From Antedon mediterranea (lineage: Eukaryota; Animalia; Echinodermata), in contig NC_092672.1 of the NCBI RefSeq assembly GCF_964355755.1, forward strand, positions 24,379,237-24,443,236: a DNA stretch of 64,000 nt. Direction: 5' to 3'. Positions within the stretch are counted from its first letter, which is position 1; every line of letters starts with the position of its first letter. Position numbers and translations under genes: made by a program. Shown here one piece after another: positions 1-13,300 of the stretch. The notes under the pieces were generated by a model. That model searched no databases. It was given only the letters and a program-made list of their open reading frames with translations, and had not been told where the DNA came from.

Positions 1-33
1 CATTTTTAATTTATAAACATCCCCTTTTTTCAG

Positions 34-790
34 GTCAAATATTATCTAAGAAGTTTACAAATATCAAGGATGCCTATGTTGCATACTTAAGAAAAGTTGG
101 ACAAATGAGTCGCAGTGGGCAGGGACTGGCTGGAAAGCTTAGAAAGTATAAGTGGGCTGACCAAATGCAATTTTTAAATGGATTTGTCAGTACAAGAAGG
201 TATTATAACTCATTCTACTTTACATCTTTGAATAAACTCCCCTCCACTATGACCAAATATAGTTGTCGACTACATTTAAAATAAATTAATATAAGTGTTC
301 ACATCAATTTTACACCAAAACTTTCTGACTTATTATATAGTGAGAACAGATGGAGGATGCACAGAGACATGAATTTGCAAATAACCTTGATCATTTGCTT
401 TTAATGTTTTACAGAAGCACCAGTAATTTCAATTTGCCGGATGAGTGCGAAAATCTTCTCACTGCTATATTGGATGGTCGTGAGGTTATTCAAGACGATC
501 AAGAAGGAACATCATCGGAAATTATTAATGAGGGTGATATTCCCAGTACCTCAAAACCAAAACATACTCCCGCAAAAAGAAAATTAGCCAAAAATGAAGA
601 TGTGAATGCTGTATTAATTGATTATTTTTCAGGGAAAAAGGCAGGAGAGAAAAATGCATTAGCATATTTTTTTGAATCTGCATTCAAAACTGTTGAAACC
701 TTCCCAAAAGTGAAACAAATCCAAATTAAAAAGGTAATTAGCGATGCGATTTTTGAGATTGAGACTGAACTTGCACAATGTGAAGAATAG
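34..790 (+). CDS. Harbinger accessory protein, MADF (Myb/SANT-like) plus BESS-like C-terminus; exons 34-199 and 415-790, 5' part outside the window
   Basis: Exon 34-199 (cag|...AG|gt) reads QILSKKFTNIKDAYVAYLRK..SRSGQG..KYKWADQMQFL, a MADF C-terminal pattern. It splices in frame at acag|415 into the 350..790 ORF, which ends in BESS-like AYFFESAFKTVETFPKVKQIQIKKVISDAIFEIE. It is convergent with the Harbinger transposase. Confidence 0.8.
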
Positions 791-814
791 AAATTAAAAT
801 AATAGCATTTCTAA

Positions 815-956
815 AGCTCTGTCTACACTATCAAACTTTACGTGACAAAGAAAATGTGATATGCCCATATATGGACATGTTGACGTCATATAACTACCAT
901 ATTTGGGCACATCACACTTTCTTCATTTACACTAGTTTGATAGTGTAGACAGATCT
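815..956. mobile_element. Harbinger/Tourist-like MITE, about 140 bp
   Basis: TIR AGCTCTGTCTACACTATCAAACT / AGTTTGATAGTGTAGACAGATCT with TAA on both sides. Related copies near 13711-13836 and 29115-29300. Confidence 0.8.
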
Positions 957-959
957 TAA

Positions 960-1383
960 AGACCCCTTCCCTGCAATTTTGGACGTTTTTTGGAAAATAA
1001 TACATATATATCACTTTAAAAACATTAAACCATGTCATTCCTTGTCTTAAATGTACGTTTTATGGTAAATTATGATAAAAAGTGAGAAACAATGCACTAC
1101 CCGGTATTTTCGCTGAAAAGTTAGGAGTCTTCCATTTGTTTTGGCCTCACGATCGATCGAAAAGTGGGCAAATTACAGGTGAAAAACAAAAATATCAATC
1201 CGCGCGCAATGCATTTTGGGATTTATAGCGGGCCGCTATAATTATTAGAATCAACTTATTTTTCACATTTTTAACCGTTTAAAGACGAAAAAAGTTATCG
1301 CAATAGGACCATATAGTATTATTTTTACATTAAATATAGTTTGTGATCTTAAATTAGATCTAAAAAACGTAGTGAAGGGGGCT
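960..1383. mobile_element. TTAA-target non-autonomous element (Kolobok-like), deletion derivative of the 44481-45106 copy
   Basis: TTAA|AGACCCCTTCCCTGC...GTAGTGAAGGGGGCT|TTAA. A near-identical inverted copy at 44481-45106 is about 200 bp longer. Confidence 0.8.
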
Positions 1384-1490
1384 TTAACATATGTACTAGT
1401 ATAATTTGATTTTGATTATTAAATACAGTAGTAGCACACATCTTGCTGTTTGGTATACTGTGTACTTTCGTTTAGGTTGGCATATTTTAT

Positions 1491-3644
1491 TCAGTTTGCT
1501 GCCGCATGACCAAAACATAAACGGTCCTGCCACGAGACAATACCAACATCAGAACTGAACCATTTACACAGTTTTTCTCGGACGTCAATAGCGTCTTTGC
1601 TACTGTGGAACCCACTGTGCTCCAAACTGAGTAGGCCTTCTACTGATTCTATTGATGATATATCTGGATCATCTGACCCCATTGGTGTTGGCCCCGTTTT
1701 ACGTATAAAATTATGCAGGACTGTTGCACACAGTACAACTTTGTCCACGTTGGCCGGCTTCAGCTCCAGCTTACGATGAAAAATGCGAAACTTGTTGGCC
1801 AGGATGCCAAAGACATTTTCAGAGATTCGCCTAGCACGGCTGTGGCGGTAGTTGTATATCCTTTTTTCTCTGTCAAGTTTTTTACCTGAAATATAAATAA
1901 TTCTATTTAATAATTCTTTATGATGTGTTGGTGTCAACAAAGTATTGCTATATTTTTTTAGACCTGCCACCGCAATAAATAATAAAATAAAAATCAGTCT
2001 GTCTTATTACCTGGGTATGGTCTCATGACGTTTGTTTTGAGGGGGAATGCTTCATCCCCTACAATCACATGGGGCACTGGACCCAACTCTGGCATATCTG
2101 GTAAAACTTTAGGTGGTGGTATGCCTAAAGTATTTTCTTCTAAAGCAATTTTTAATTGCATTCTAGAGAAAATTCTTCCATCACTGCTAGAACCATAGTT
2201 GCCAACGTCTACACAGATGAAATTGTAATTTGCATCTACTAAGGCCATTAACACAATGGAGTAGGTTCCCTTGTAGTTATAAAATAGGGAACCAGAATTG
2301 CCAGGGGCTTTGATTGTTACGTGCTTCCCGTCAATGGCTCCGACGCAGTTTGGGAAATTCCACCGTCTTTCAAAATCGGCTGATATGTCGGCCCATTCAT
2401 CTTTAGTAGGCGGGGCCATATATACTGGTTGGAGTTTTTTCCAGATAGCATCTGCCACCTCCAAGACTATCGCGCTTATTGTGCTAATTCCTACACGGAA
2501 ATTGTAATGCAGAGAGGTATAACTGTCTCCTGAGGCAAGGAATCTAGAGAAAGATATACAAAAAATATATAAACTCAATGTAGGTCTGCATAAAAACGCC
2601 TTTTTTCTATGTGTACAGTTATCATAAATGTCCTACTTAGCGCGGCTCTTCATAAGCACTAAACATTGACATTGGGGTTTTTTTTATTACAAAGGTTTAA
2701 GTATCGTGCGCATCACTTAATAAAGATGCGAGGTGTTACCCACATGGCTTTCTATATCGTATCATGTTTTACTATAGGCTAGTACACACTTGGAGCAGTA
2801 TATTAGGTCAATAAAAATTGCACTACTAGCAGAATCAAATCTTACGTACCTTAGACATATTGCTAGGCGCTCTCTGGGTGTGATGCTCTTTCTGAAATTT
2901 GTATCTGTTTTTGAGATGTCATCCTTAATTAAATCAAATAATATCTCAAATTGAACTTGAGTCATTCTGGAAGAGAATACAAACATAAAAACATAAAAAT
3001 GATGAATGCAGTAAGTCAGTCAGACAAGTTGTAATATCAACAGAAATCAATATTTTAGTAGATTTTATATGGCCTACAATAATAGGTGTTACAGGTTACA
3101 AAAACTAATAAGCTTATGACATTGTAGGCCTAATCGTCTACCCTGTTCATTCATTTATTTCCTTCCATTGACACACAATGTATAGGCCTAACATAGGCCT
3201 ATATCATAAACACTAAGTTTGAAAAATATAAGGCCTAACTAACAAAGAACTTAACGCGACAATATATATAGGCCTAGGCCTAGTTAAGATTAAGCTCAAA
3301 TCATTATCATTATAAAAACTATTCACATTCAGTTAAAAAGATAACGGAAAAAACTCATGACATAATATTGTTGCAATTGACCGTCGGACTAGGCTATAAT
3401 TAACAATTAAGTTCATGACATCGACACACACACTAAACAGTAGATGAGTTAGCCTAGAGACTTACCTAAAGAAATTAAAAAATTTGTCGGGATCCACTTC
3501 AAGATCTTCTCTGACTAAAGTTTCGAACTGACCATGCGTCTTTCTTTTTTTATTGACAATGTTGACCCATTGTCGTTCGCGTTTTTTGTTTAGCCAGAGG
3601 CTAAGCATTGCAAGATCATCGCTATCGCTGTCAAAGATTTCCAT
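1491..3644 (-). CDS. PIF/Harbinger DDE transposase (HARBI1-like), 4 exons: 3644-3466, 2966-2850, 2543-2011, 1885-1491
   Basis: All junctions are GT-AG and join in frame. Motifs FRM, ERLAICLRFLASGDSY, CVGAIDGKH, IVGDEAFPL and RRISENVFGIL carry the DDE triad. No stops in the spliced product. Confidence 0.92.
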
Positions 3645-4258
3645 TGCAAAAATTGCAATGTTGGTTCCACTTGGTTGAATTCAAAATAAACGTACGTGAC
3701 ACAAACAACCGAATTCGTGCACGATGTGAAAGCGCGCTCAACGCTCGCGATATTTTCTCACGGCGCTGAACCGAATCCGGGCGCGATGTGAAAGCAGCTT
3801 TACAATGGATCAAAATAATCACTGTAGTGCTTCTATGCTGTTGGCTCATTTGATGTGATTGTTTTGATTTAATTATTTGAGTTTGACATACAATACAACA
3901 TAGAGATGAAAAATGCTGGTCAGGGGCAGCTTAAGAAAAATACATTGCTGTAAATCAACAAGTCAGCTACCCCTCATATAAAATTAAATATAAAAAAATT
4001 AATTAAATACAAATTTTATTAAAATTTTTCTATAAAAATATGTCTACAAAATTAATGTAAATACAAAATTTAAGACAAGAAGAAAAAAAACTTATTTATT
4101 TGGGCAATCTAATATTATTATAATGATAATATTATATTATAATGGTTGTAATTTAATACAACATGGAATGTAAGTTATTGTCTATGTTTACTATAGTATA
4201 TGTATTTTAATAAAAAATGTAACTGAATGCATATTGATCTATATGTTTTATTTCATAG

Positions 4259-4333
4259 ATTGCAGGGAAAAAAACTGCTGAAGAAATTTGCCATTTCATT
4301 GTTAGCAACAATGCTGTCAACATCCAAGACCAG
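4259..4333 (+). CDS. Ankyrin-like exon (75 nt, phase 0/0): [25 protein letters not shown]
   Basis: tttcatag| ... CAG|gtatac; ends in the ankyrin-type VNIQD. The downstream intron (5020-5190) is homologous to intron sequence after later exons. Confidence 0.65.
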
Positions 4334-7300
4334 GTATACATCAAATTGTTTTCCTTTGTAATGAATTTGATAATACAACGTTAAATTACTTGACACTACA
4401 ATAATTGTTCTCTGGTTGCATATTTGCAGTTAACATTCACACTGATTGTTAAAAGCATCATACTTTTTTTTCTCCTCAACATAATTGTTTCATCTCTTAA
4501 GCAGTTTTAGTGTTAAAAAGTATATTGTGTGTTTATATCTTATCTTAGCTGTATGTTAGATGGTTTGTATATTGTGTGTTTATATCTTTTCTTAGCTGTA
4601 TGTTAGATGGTTTGTCAATATAATTTAGTACATTAGTCTTTCAGTACAATTTGCTTAGACAATTTGATTGGCTAATACCGGATTTGAATAATGGCTTGGT
4701 AACTCAATCCCCTGTAATTGTAATTAATTTGAGAATCTGAACAATGATATAATTATTCATCTGTTGGACAAATAACTAAACAAACTTTTATTAACATAGA
4801 GTAGTAGAAATATATACTTTTCATTTATTAAACTCATCACTGAAAGAAAAATGCAAGGCACATTAAGGCAGCAAAAAAAAAGTGATGAACAGGTGACAAG
4901 TATTTCTATCCACATGAGACCCCTTATAAATAAAAAATATAAAAACACAAACATTGGTTTCGATTAAATAAAATAAAAATAAAAATAGCTGAAATGATTC
5001 TATTTTCAGTTTCATATACATTGCTGATAGCATACACCTCAATCATCAAATTTTTTAAAGTTAAATGGTATTATAGTCGGTATGTTTTTATAAATTGATA
5101 ACGTTCAATAGAATACTCATAACACATTTCATAGCATAAACTTCTTTTGAATATTTAACTCTATTTTAGTATTAGGCAGGTTAGATAACAGCACTAACAA
5201 TTGTTGTTATCGAACATAATTTAAACCAAATCATACATACAACGATAAGACATTAACCGATTCCGTTTAAAACCAGTTTAAGGTCAACATTTTAAATTTA
5301 AATTAATTTATGTTTCTATCCACTCTACCATTTTCATATAAAGATATTGTGGAACCACGTCAGGTCAAGTTCAATATTGAATATCGAAACGTGGCAGGCT
5401 GAAGGCGCTTGACCTTTGACAAGATCACCTAAAATTTATAAATTTAAACTTACGCTACTTAGTATTATATATTTAGGAATAGCCGCTCCATAATCTCTTT
5501 GCTTCTCTTCCTTATATCTATATTTTATTTTTTCAATTTATACTAACAAATATCTTTTTATTAATATTATAATCATGACAATAAATATTTAAAAAATACA
5601 TATAAAATAATATTTAACGCATAACATACAGTCTAGGATAATTATTTGATATACAAAATCATTACACCCAACTACTATCTTTATCTCCATGTGCGGAACA
5701 TCATTTGAATAATAGAACAAGTCACACATCTACATATAATTTAACATCGTATACTCTATCCCTACTCCCCATCCCTACTCTATCAGACACTATTGCAACA
5801 TGAAAATAAGTATGATGGTTTATGTGAAATAGTACAACACACACTATTAATTATTCAGCTCTATACTAAATTGATTTTAAATATAATATATAAAAAAGTC
5901 CTACATTATCATTCATGCTTATATTAACAAATATTGCCTATTTTTCTCTCTTTCTTTTAAAAATAGATTACTTTTTAAAGGCACATAATTTAACTCATTA
6001 GCTTTTGTATTTTTGTTATATGAAAGAACAGATTTCACACAGCAGTTTGAAACGGTGGGCCCATACAAACAATTCAATTGTCCACTTATAAAATGTACCA
6101 TAACATTAACAAATTGATAAAACCTAACCACTTTTAAATAAAACAACCCAAAACATGGTAGAACACTGGAGGCCTTTTGCCACCCCTCCACCACCAGTTC
6201 CTGAGGCCGTTGTTCAAACTTTGTCCCAAAGCCCTTTTCCCCCTCCCTATTTTTCAAGGCTGGATCCACCTCTGGGATTTATTAACAATTTTTTTGATAT
6301 GATCATCCCAACATAAGTCTGATGCTATTTTGACACCAAGTTTTGTTTGCGTTTTCTCAAAGATACAACCATTCATCTGATCAAAATATGTGATGATATG
6401 TTTAGAACGTGATATGGAAATAATTTTAAAATTAATTTCCCATGTTACTCCATTGGATAAGAACATCAATGTACATCTGAGGGAAATGACAGAGTCATCA
6501 ATGTTATTGATTGACTTGTAACATTTTCCTTATTTATAATACGTCATGAACCAATCATGGAAATGAATTTAGACACAAACTACTTGTGGTAGTTATCAAC
6601 ATGTTGACCCTATCAGCTCAAGCTCTGTGTTGTATACACAAGGATGTCACCAGCATGTCATGAGTGGTGGTCAGCGACCCTCCCCCACCAAAAAGGGCTT
6701 CATAATAAGGTAGAAAAAAATGCATTTCCTAGACAACCCTACAATGTTTTTTGTGAGGTAACAAGTGTGCAAAATTAATGAGTCAATTTTAACTGACGGA
6801 GGACCAAGTTACTCTGAAGCATTTATTATTTATCGTCATCGTTTTCTTCGGGGTGTTTTTTATCTACTCGACCGACGGCGAATATATAAATAAATTGAAA
6901 TTTCCCACGGTAGATACATGATGGCACCACACGGTGAACCACAATGAACTAGTAGTAGTAAATAGGCTTAGGCCAACTTCTAAAAATAAAACGTCCAGTC
7001 GAACCAGAAACAATGCCGACAACAAAAGATCGTTAACATTCTAAATATAGTTATCGGAACGTCGATCGCGCACAAACCTAGAATTTTTGTTTTTCATATT
7101 ACGGCAAGCCTGGAAAACGCGACAAAGATCGTTTACCTAGATTTTGTGTCTCATAACAAGACATGAAACGTGATACTCTCTCTCCAAATTAACAGTACCC
7201 ATACATATAGCACATGTTTTTTTCACTCAAAATTAATTATGGTCGGGGTTAGCTACAGAATACTAGGGCCATTTTCTTTACACAGTGACATGTCGTAATA

Positions 7301-10300
7301 ATTGGGCCTAGGCCTATGTTAAATCTTAACATGGAAATATAGATTTTGCATATATTTTTTTATGTTTACGTCGGTGTATTTATAATTCGCTAAGCCATGG
7401 TAGGATTAAATAATTTAGCGTAAGCCTAGGCCGCCAAAACTAGACTCCACTCTGATGTCGATTCGGCGCACCATGTCGTCTTGTCCGGCTAAATTAGGCT
7501 AACCACTAAAATGTGTCGTCTCCTACTAGGTCTAGCCTAGGTAGGATTTTTTAGTGAACAGTACATTGTTAATTTGCATTGACTATGCGTTTCTAAAAAG
7601 GCTTAGACAATTTAGTCAGGTTGCTTAGCACCTTTTTTGTACACTTTGTGACAAAAGCACCAAACTTGGCAGAAACCTTCTTTAGGACCTAACAATTCTA
7701 CGCCAATAAGGTTGATGTTTATATGCCACAACTCTACAGATCACACATAGACCGATGTAATGCGAATAATGTATTTTAATAACAGTCAATAACTCAATAC
7801 AACAACATGGAAATCAAAGCAACAACGCACGAACAACTCCAGCCCATGAGGGCGCACTGGCGTGACTACTTTTCTTTCTTCTTCTTTCTTAATCAGTTTT
7901 AATCTAAAACAATATCCTTTAAAGCAATACATGAGAAAAGCAAACATATGGTAGCCGGCATCACAAAATCAAAGCAAAAATAAAATCATGTAATTCAGAG
8001 TGAAACTTGTTAAAAAATAAAATAACGTGCAAGATCGTAAAACCACTAGTCCATAATAAATTCAGCAAATCGGTTTGGTAGGTGGTGAGAGCGTTGAGGT
8101 CTTGAACAAGACTGAGAAGTTGGTTCATCGTGAATCTGGTTGTAGGGCGGATCATTATCATGAACATCTTCAAGGACGGTGTTTGTGGCACCGTCGACAA
8201 GCGGAGAAGATATCTCAACAGGAATGACAGGCTGAACTGGGGCAACCACGGTAGGTCCAAATGTATTATCCTCATTGTCCGATCCCTCACTCTGGTACTT
8301 TCGTGAGGTAAGTGTACTAGGAGCAAGTATAGAGCTAGGAACTTTAAAGCATTCGGATTGCTTAACACGGTACGATGTGTTTCGTAACTGGGTTCCACTG
8401 AACTTGCGAACGCAACACCATGTACCATCAACAGATACGACAAGGTATCTCTTACGAGCGTTAGACTTGTTAAGATCTGCATACAGGTATACGAGATCAC
8501 CCACCTCCACAAGAGTTGCAGGAGCAAGTTCACGAGTGGGAGCTTTTGAAATTCGACTGTATTTGTGATTAGAGGTGCGTGATGAGTGCTGTTCGCGGAT
8601 AAGCTCGAGGTCAGAGAGTGGGATCTGTTCGTGGGAAAACTGGTCACGCTGGGTCCACATCTCACGAGCGGATAAACCACGGGAGCGAATGCGTGAGTTG
8701 AGTTGTGCGGTTGCACGAGCGAGTGCAATAGGCGAGATAAAACCAGCGTCAGGATCCAAACGAAGTAGCTCATCTTCCAGTTCTTGAATAGCCTTCTCGG
8801 CAATTGGATTTTTATTAACATTTTTAAGTCGGCCTATTTCAATACAGATGCGTTCCTGCTTGAGTAATGAGTCATTAACAAGTGCTTGGAATCCGGGTGC
8901 CCCGTCGGCACGGATAATGGCGTGGGGACCATCAAGGGGACGGAGCTCAACGCACATTCGGATAAGAGCGTCACGAAGTGAGTTACGCTGTTCGTTGTCA
9001 AGAAAACAAGCGACTGTGAATGACGTTACCGCTTCTCTCACAATCAGAATGAATTGACGATTGCGCTTCATGACATCTGCAGCGAACGTAACACCCACAG
9101 TTTCCGGTGGGTCGCCAGTAGACTGATCGATAGAGGCCTTAGGAATTCGGCGAAGGGTGGCGCATTGGTGGCAAGATGAGGTGGTGACTTCGATCGATTT
9201 ATCCATGTCGAGGGCATAAAAATATCGATGTGCCATTTGTTTGAGTTGGTGACAAGTCGGGTGGTCTAATCGGATGTGTAAGGCAGTAAGCAGGCCATGC
9301 AAAAACGGGCGTGGAACAATAATTCTTTCTCGTGGAGGAGCAAGTGGCTCATGAACGAGAGACACGAGAAGGTTGTCTTTGCTAAGTGATGCGACAGCGA
9401 GGTAGCGTTTGACATCTCTCTTATCGGTAACCTTTTTAGAAGGACGCGTACCTTGGATTAAGTGGGCGTGTACCCTACGTAAATCAGGGCATTCAGATTG
9501 TAGTGAAAGCCATGCGGACCTACTTGTGAAGGGCAACTTGGATTGACCTGTGATGAAATCGTGTGAAGCGATTCTGAGTACAACTGATTCCTCAGAGCGC
9601 TGAACAAAGGAACATACCTGGCAATTGGCATCAATGCATTCAGGAGCATTGCGGCTTGCAAAGTCTGAGGGAACATTCGCGGAACCAGCTAGGTGTCGAA
9701 CGGAAACCTGGTATCGGCTAGCAGAGGACAGGAAAGTTGATACTCTGGGGCTCACGGAAAATTCACCCCGGCAAAGCTTTTCAAAAGCCTGCTGCACGCA
9801 CGGTTTACTGTCAGTTAAAACACAAGCTCGTTTAGTAGATTGAACAACATATGGACTAAAATGCTTAACTGCGACAGCGATTGCCAGGGCTTCGATCTCA
9901 CACGGGAGCCACGTAAGCTGTCGAGCTCTAAGTTTGGCACTGAAGAATCCGGAGATCCGCAGACTATCGTCTCGTCTAATGTATAGTGTTGCCCCAATTC
10001 CGTGTCTTTTTACTGAACCATCAGTGACTATCCAAAGCTGGTCATCTGGATGGGGTAACGTGATTGTTTGGCTGGTTGTGAGCAACTTTTGAGCAGTCTA
10101 AAAATCTTCACAAAGGGCATCACACCACGTGATTTTGTCTTGGGACTGTCGGCCAGCCACAGCATCGTCTAAAGGTGTGAGGATGGAAGCGCAGTTGGGG
10201 ATAACCCGTGCGAGCACTTTATACGCCCCAATGAACGATCGGAGGCCCTTTACAGTCTTAGGGGGAGAACACGTAGCGAGCGTCGAAATACGATGTGGAT

Positions 10301-13300
10301 TGGCTCTTAACGTGCCAAGGGACCATGTCCACCCGAGTATAGTGGTAGTTTTTGGGCAGACAAATGTTTTACTTGCTGAGAGACTGAGGCCGCATCTATA
10401 AAGTTCGGACAGCAGTCGGCGCCAGTTGCAAAGTAACTCATCTAGGGTGTCTCCTCCGCAGTAGAGATCGTCTGCAATCTTGGCAATGACGCCTTCAGAG
10501 AGAAGCTCTCCTAAGACGCGGCAGGTTAGTTCCTCCAGCGCTGTTTCAGATCCTGGCATTCCCATAGCAGACCTGGCGTATACACGGATTCCTCTGAAGG
10601 GCGTGGCCACTCCGCAGTACTTCATCGATTCGCGTGAAAGCGGTATCTGATAAAATGCCTTAGTGAGGTCTGTAGAGATAATGTACTTCCACCTAGCGAT
10701 ATGACGAAGTACAGAGTTTACGTCGGGCATTAGTGAAGGCTGAGGTTTCGCGTATCGACCGACATCCGCAAAGGCGGTTACAAGGCGGAATCCTCCGCTG
10801 TCTTTCTTTACTAAGAATGATGGGTTTAAATATTCTACTTGAATACCCGCATCTTCAGGTCGCACAAAAACACCCATCTTCTCTAAGTCGTCGAACTTCT
10901 CTTGAAGCTCAACAAGTTTGTCTCGCGAATACTGTGGAAGTCTGCCTTTTCGCTGTGGTGGCTGTACAGGGCCCATATTAACGACGGCTTGGAAGGGACC
11001 GGCTGCGCCATTATAGCATTTGATATGCGGATCAAAAACAACGTCGAACTCTTCGTTAAGAGATTTAAATCTTTGTCGGATTGTAGGGGGAATGATACGA
11101 TCAGGGTCAAGGTGAATTTGCAATGAATGTAGTGTCGATTGTGTGGGGCGTGGTGATGAACTGGTTTTCACAGGAGGTTTACAAGTGTGGTCATTGGTAT
11201 TACAATCGTCCGGGACAAAGACAGGGCGTATCTGACAGAAGTGTTCGTTTCGTTTAAGAACCTGAGGTAATGATGTGTTATTTTCAATGCGAATTTTTCC
11301 GTCAATGCTGTGAATAGTACCATACTCTGGCCAGGTAGGAGGTCGATGAGTATAGCTGCGAGGTTCAAGGGCGAGCTCATTATCATGAGTCGAAACACCT
11401 TCTGGGATTTGTAACTCTATGAAGTCACCGGGCCACAGAGTAGTTAAGCTGCTAGGAGCGCGTAATACTTGAGCGCGACGAATGGCAGGGGTCTTAGTAG
11501 TGTCCTTAGAACCGTACGTATAAGAAGAAGTGTTCCCTATGACTACTTGACGTTTCGCTGGACGAATGGCGATGTCATTGTTTTCCATAAAGGGTGTGCC
11601 TGCCAGAATATCCACATCGAGTCGTTCGACTACGAGGCCGTCAAAGAGAAGTTCAATATGGTCGCGGGAAAATATAATTGTTGTCTCGCCGACAACCTTT
11701 AATGGAGATGAGCCATCTGCTTGGTGGGCTGATTGAGATGATTCTCTAATTTCGGCCGATAGGGCTGTCGCTGCGGCAAGGGAGATCATATTGCCGGTGG
11801 CACCACTGTCGATAGTAATACGTGCCGTGTGGTGATTGTGGAAAACGTCGAGATAGGGAGACTGTCTGATCTGCACGCGTAGTGCAGCCTGTTCTGTCTG
11901 GTTATCCGCTAAACTGGCGTCATCGCTAACGTCAGTCTCCTCGATACCTTCAATGATTCCGATGACCTGTCTAGCCCTGACCATGTACTTCCGGTCCTGT
12001 TCAGGTAAGTGAATGCATCCACTGAGAAAGTGGGTGTCATGCTTTCGACCAGCCTGTTTGCAAAGAGGACAAGACTTTAGCTGCCGACGAATATGACTAG
12101 TAGTATTACGAGACGTACGAGAAGCGCGTTGATAGTTGACCGTGGGAGGTGTTGCGAAAGTACGCATTGCGCGTGTGTCTTCTGTAGCACGCAATTCATC
12201 GAGAAGGGAATCCATCGCTTGCGAAATTTCGGGCTTTATTGTCGCCAGGGTACGATCTCGCAGATCAGTTCCATATCGTTGCTTGACTAGACGCGGGAGA
12301 TCTTTATGGATAAGGGATAACCAGGTTAACACAATAAAGTTCTCCACAGTAGGTGTCATTTCTTCATCCTCTGTGATCGCGACGCCGTGATGATTAATTC
12401 CGCCTCCAGTGCGAAGCAAATTATCGTCAGCAAATGCCAATAGTCGTTGATACAAATCTTCTGGACGTTCACCAGCCTCGAGGTGAATAGTGGCAAAGTC
12501 TAAGAAGTGACCTCCGGTCGTTTGGAAACCATAGTGAAGTCGGATGGCCTGCCAGATTTGCGAGATGGACGTGGAGCTTTTAACAATTGTGCTTCGAGAA
12601 ATAATAGGACAGAAGTTTGCGATCTGGCCTAGCATGAGCTCGAGCATGTGTACCTTTTGCTGAGCAGTACGTCGACGTGCTCTAGGGACAGTGTCATCAT
12701 CGTCCTCAAATAGGCGGAGAGGAGATGCTCTAGTTTTGGGGCCCCATTGTGTGCCTTCCATCAAGAATGGAGCAAAATTTTCATCCAACGAAAGTGTATA
12801 AATAATGTTCTGCCGCCATGACTCAAATGATTTTATTGTTTCAGTTTTGGTTAAGCTCCACTGTTTAGGAGCTCTGTTAACGTTCGCCATCCTACCAGCT
12901 ATATTTGCTGGCTGGTCGTACGCCTCTGTGCGTTAGTGCGATCTCGTAGATAATGGTATGGATGGGCCTAGGCTAGGCCTAAGTTCAACAACTAATAACT
13001 CACTGGTTTTAAGCGGAAGGTCCGAATATCTTGGGCTGCCACCACGCCAATAAGGTTGATGTTTATATGCCACAACTCTACAGATCACACATAGACCGAT
13101 GTAATGCGAATAATGTATTTTAATAACAGTCAATAACTCAATACAACAACATGGAAATCAAAGCAACAACGCACGAATAACTCCAGCCCATGAGGGCGCA
13201 CTGGCGCTAGAAGGGGTGCCCAAAAATTCGAACAATTTAATAACGTCATTTTGACCATGCCCTTTTTTAATATATTATGTAGCTATGTAAAAATATTAAA

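Larger units (their letters stand above)
1..3799. mobile_element. Autonomous-type Harbinger transposon; right terminus near 3799, left terminus outside the window
   Basis: Two convergent Harbinger genes; terminal ...GATGTGAAAGCAGCT followed by TTA (3800-3802), matching the TWA target. Confidence 0.75.
7701..13206 (-). mobile_element. Full-length gypsy-like LTR retrotransposon with CG..CG LTR termini and 3-bp TSD (Troyka-type)
   Basis: 162-bp LTRs at 7701-7862 and 13045-13206 (one mismatch seen), CTA on both flanks, PBS, PPT and gag-pol with RT-RH-IN order. Confidence 0.93.

Noticed and set aside
350-414. ATG at 350 as a gene start
   Set aside because: It lies in the intron between the MADF exon (34-199) and the acceptor at 414/415.
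7961-12390. Many short overlapping or antisense ORFs inside the LTR element, including the 286-aa 7961..8821 ORF as a possible env
   Set aside because: They are alternative frames overlapping gag-pol, with no recognisable env or fusion motifs.
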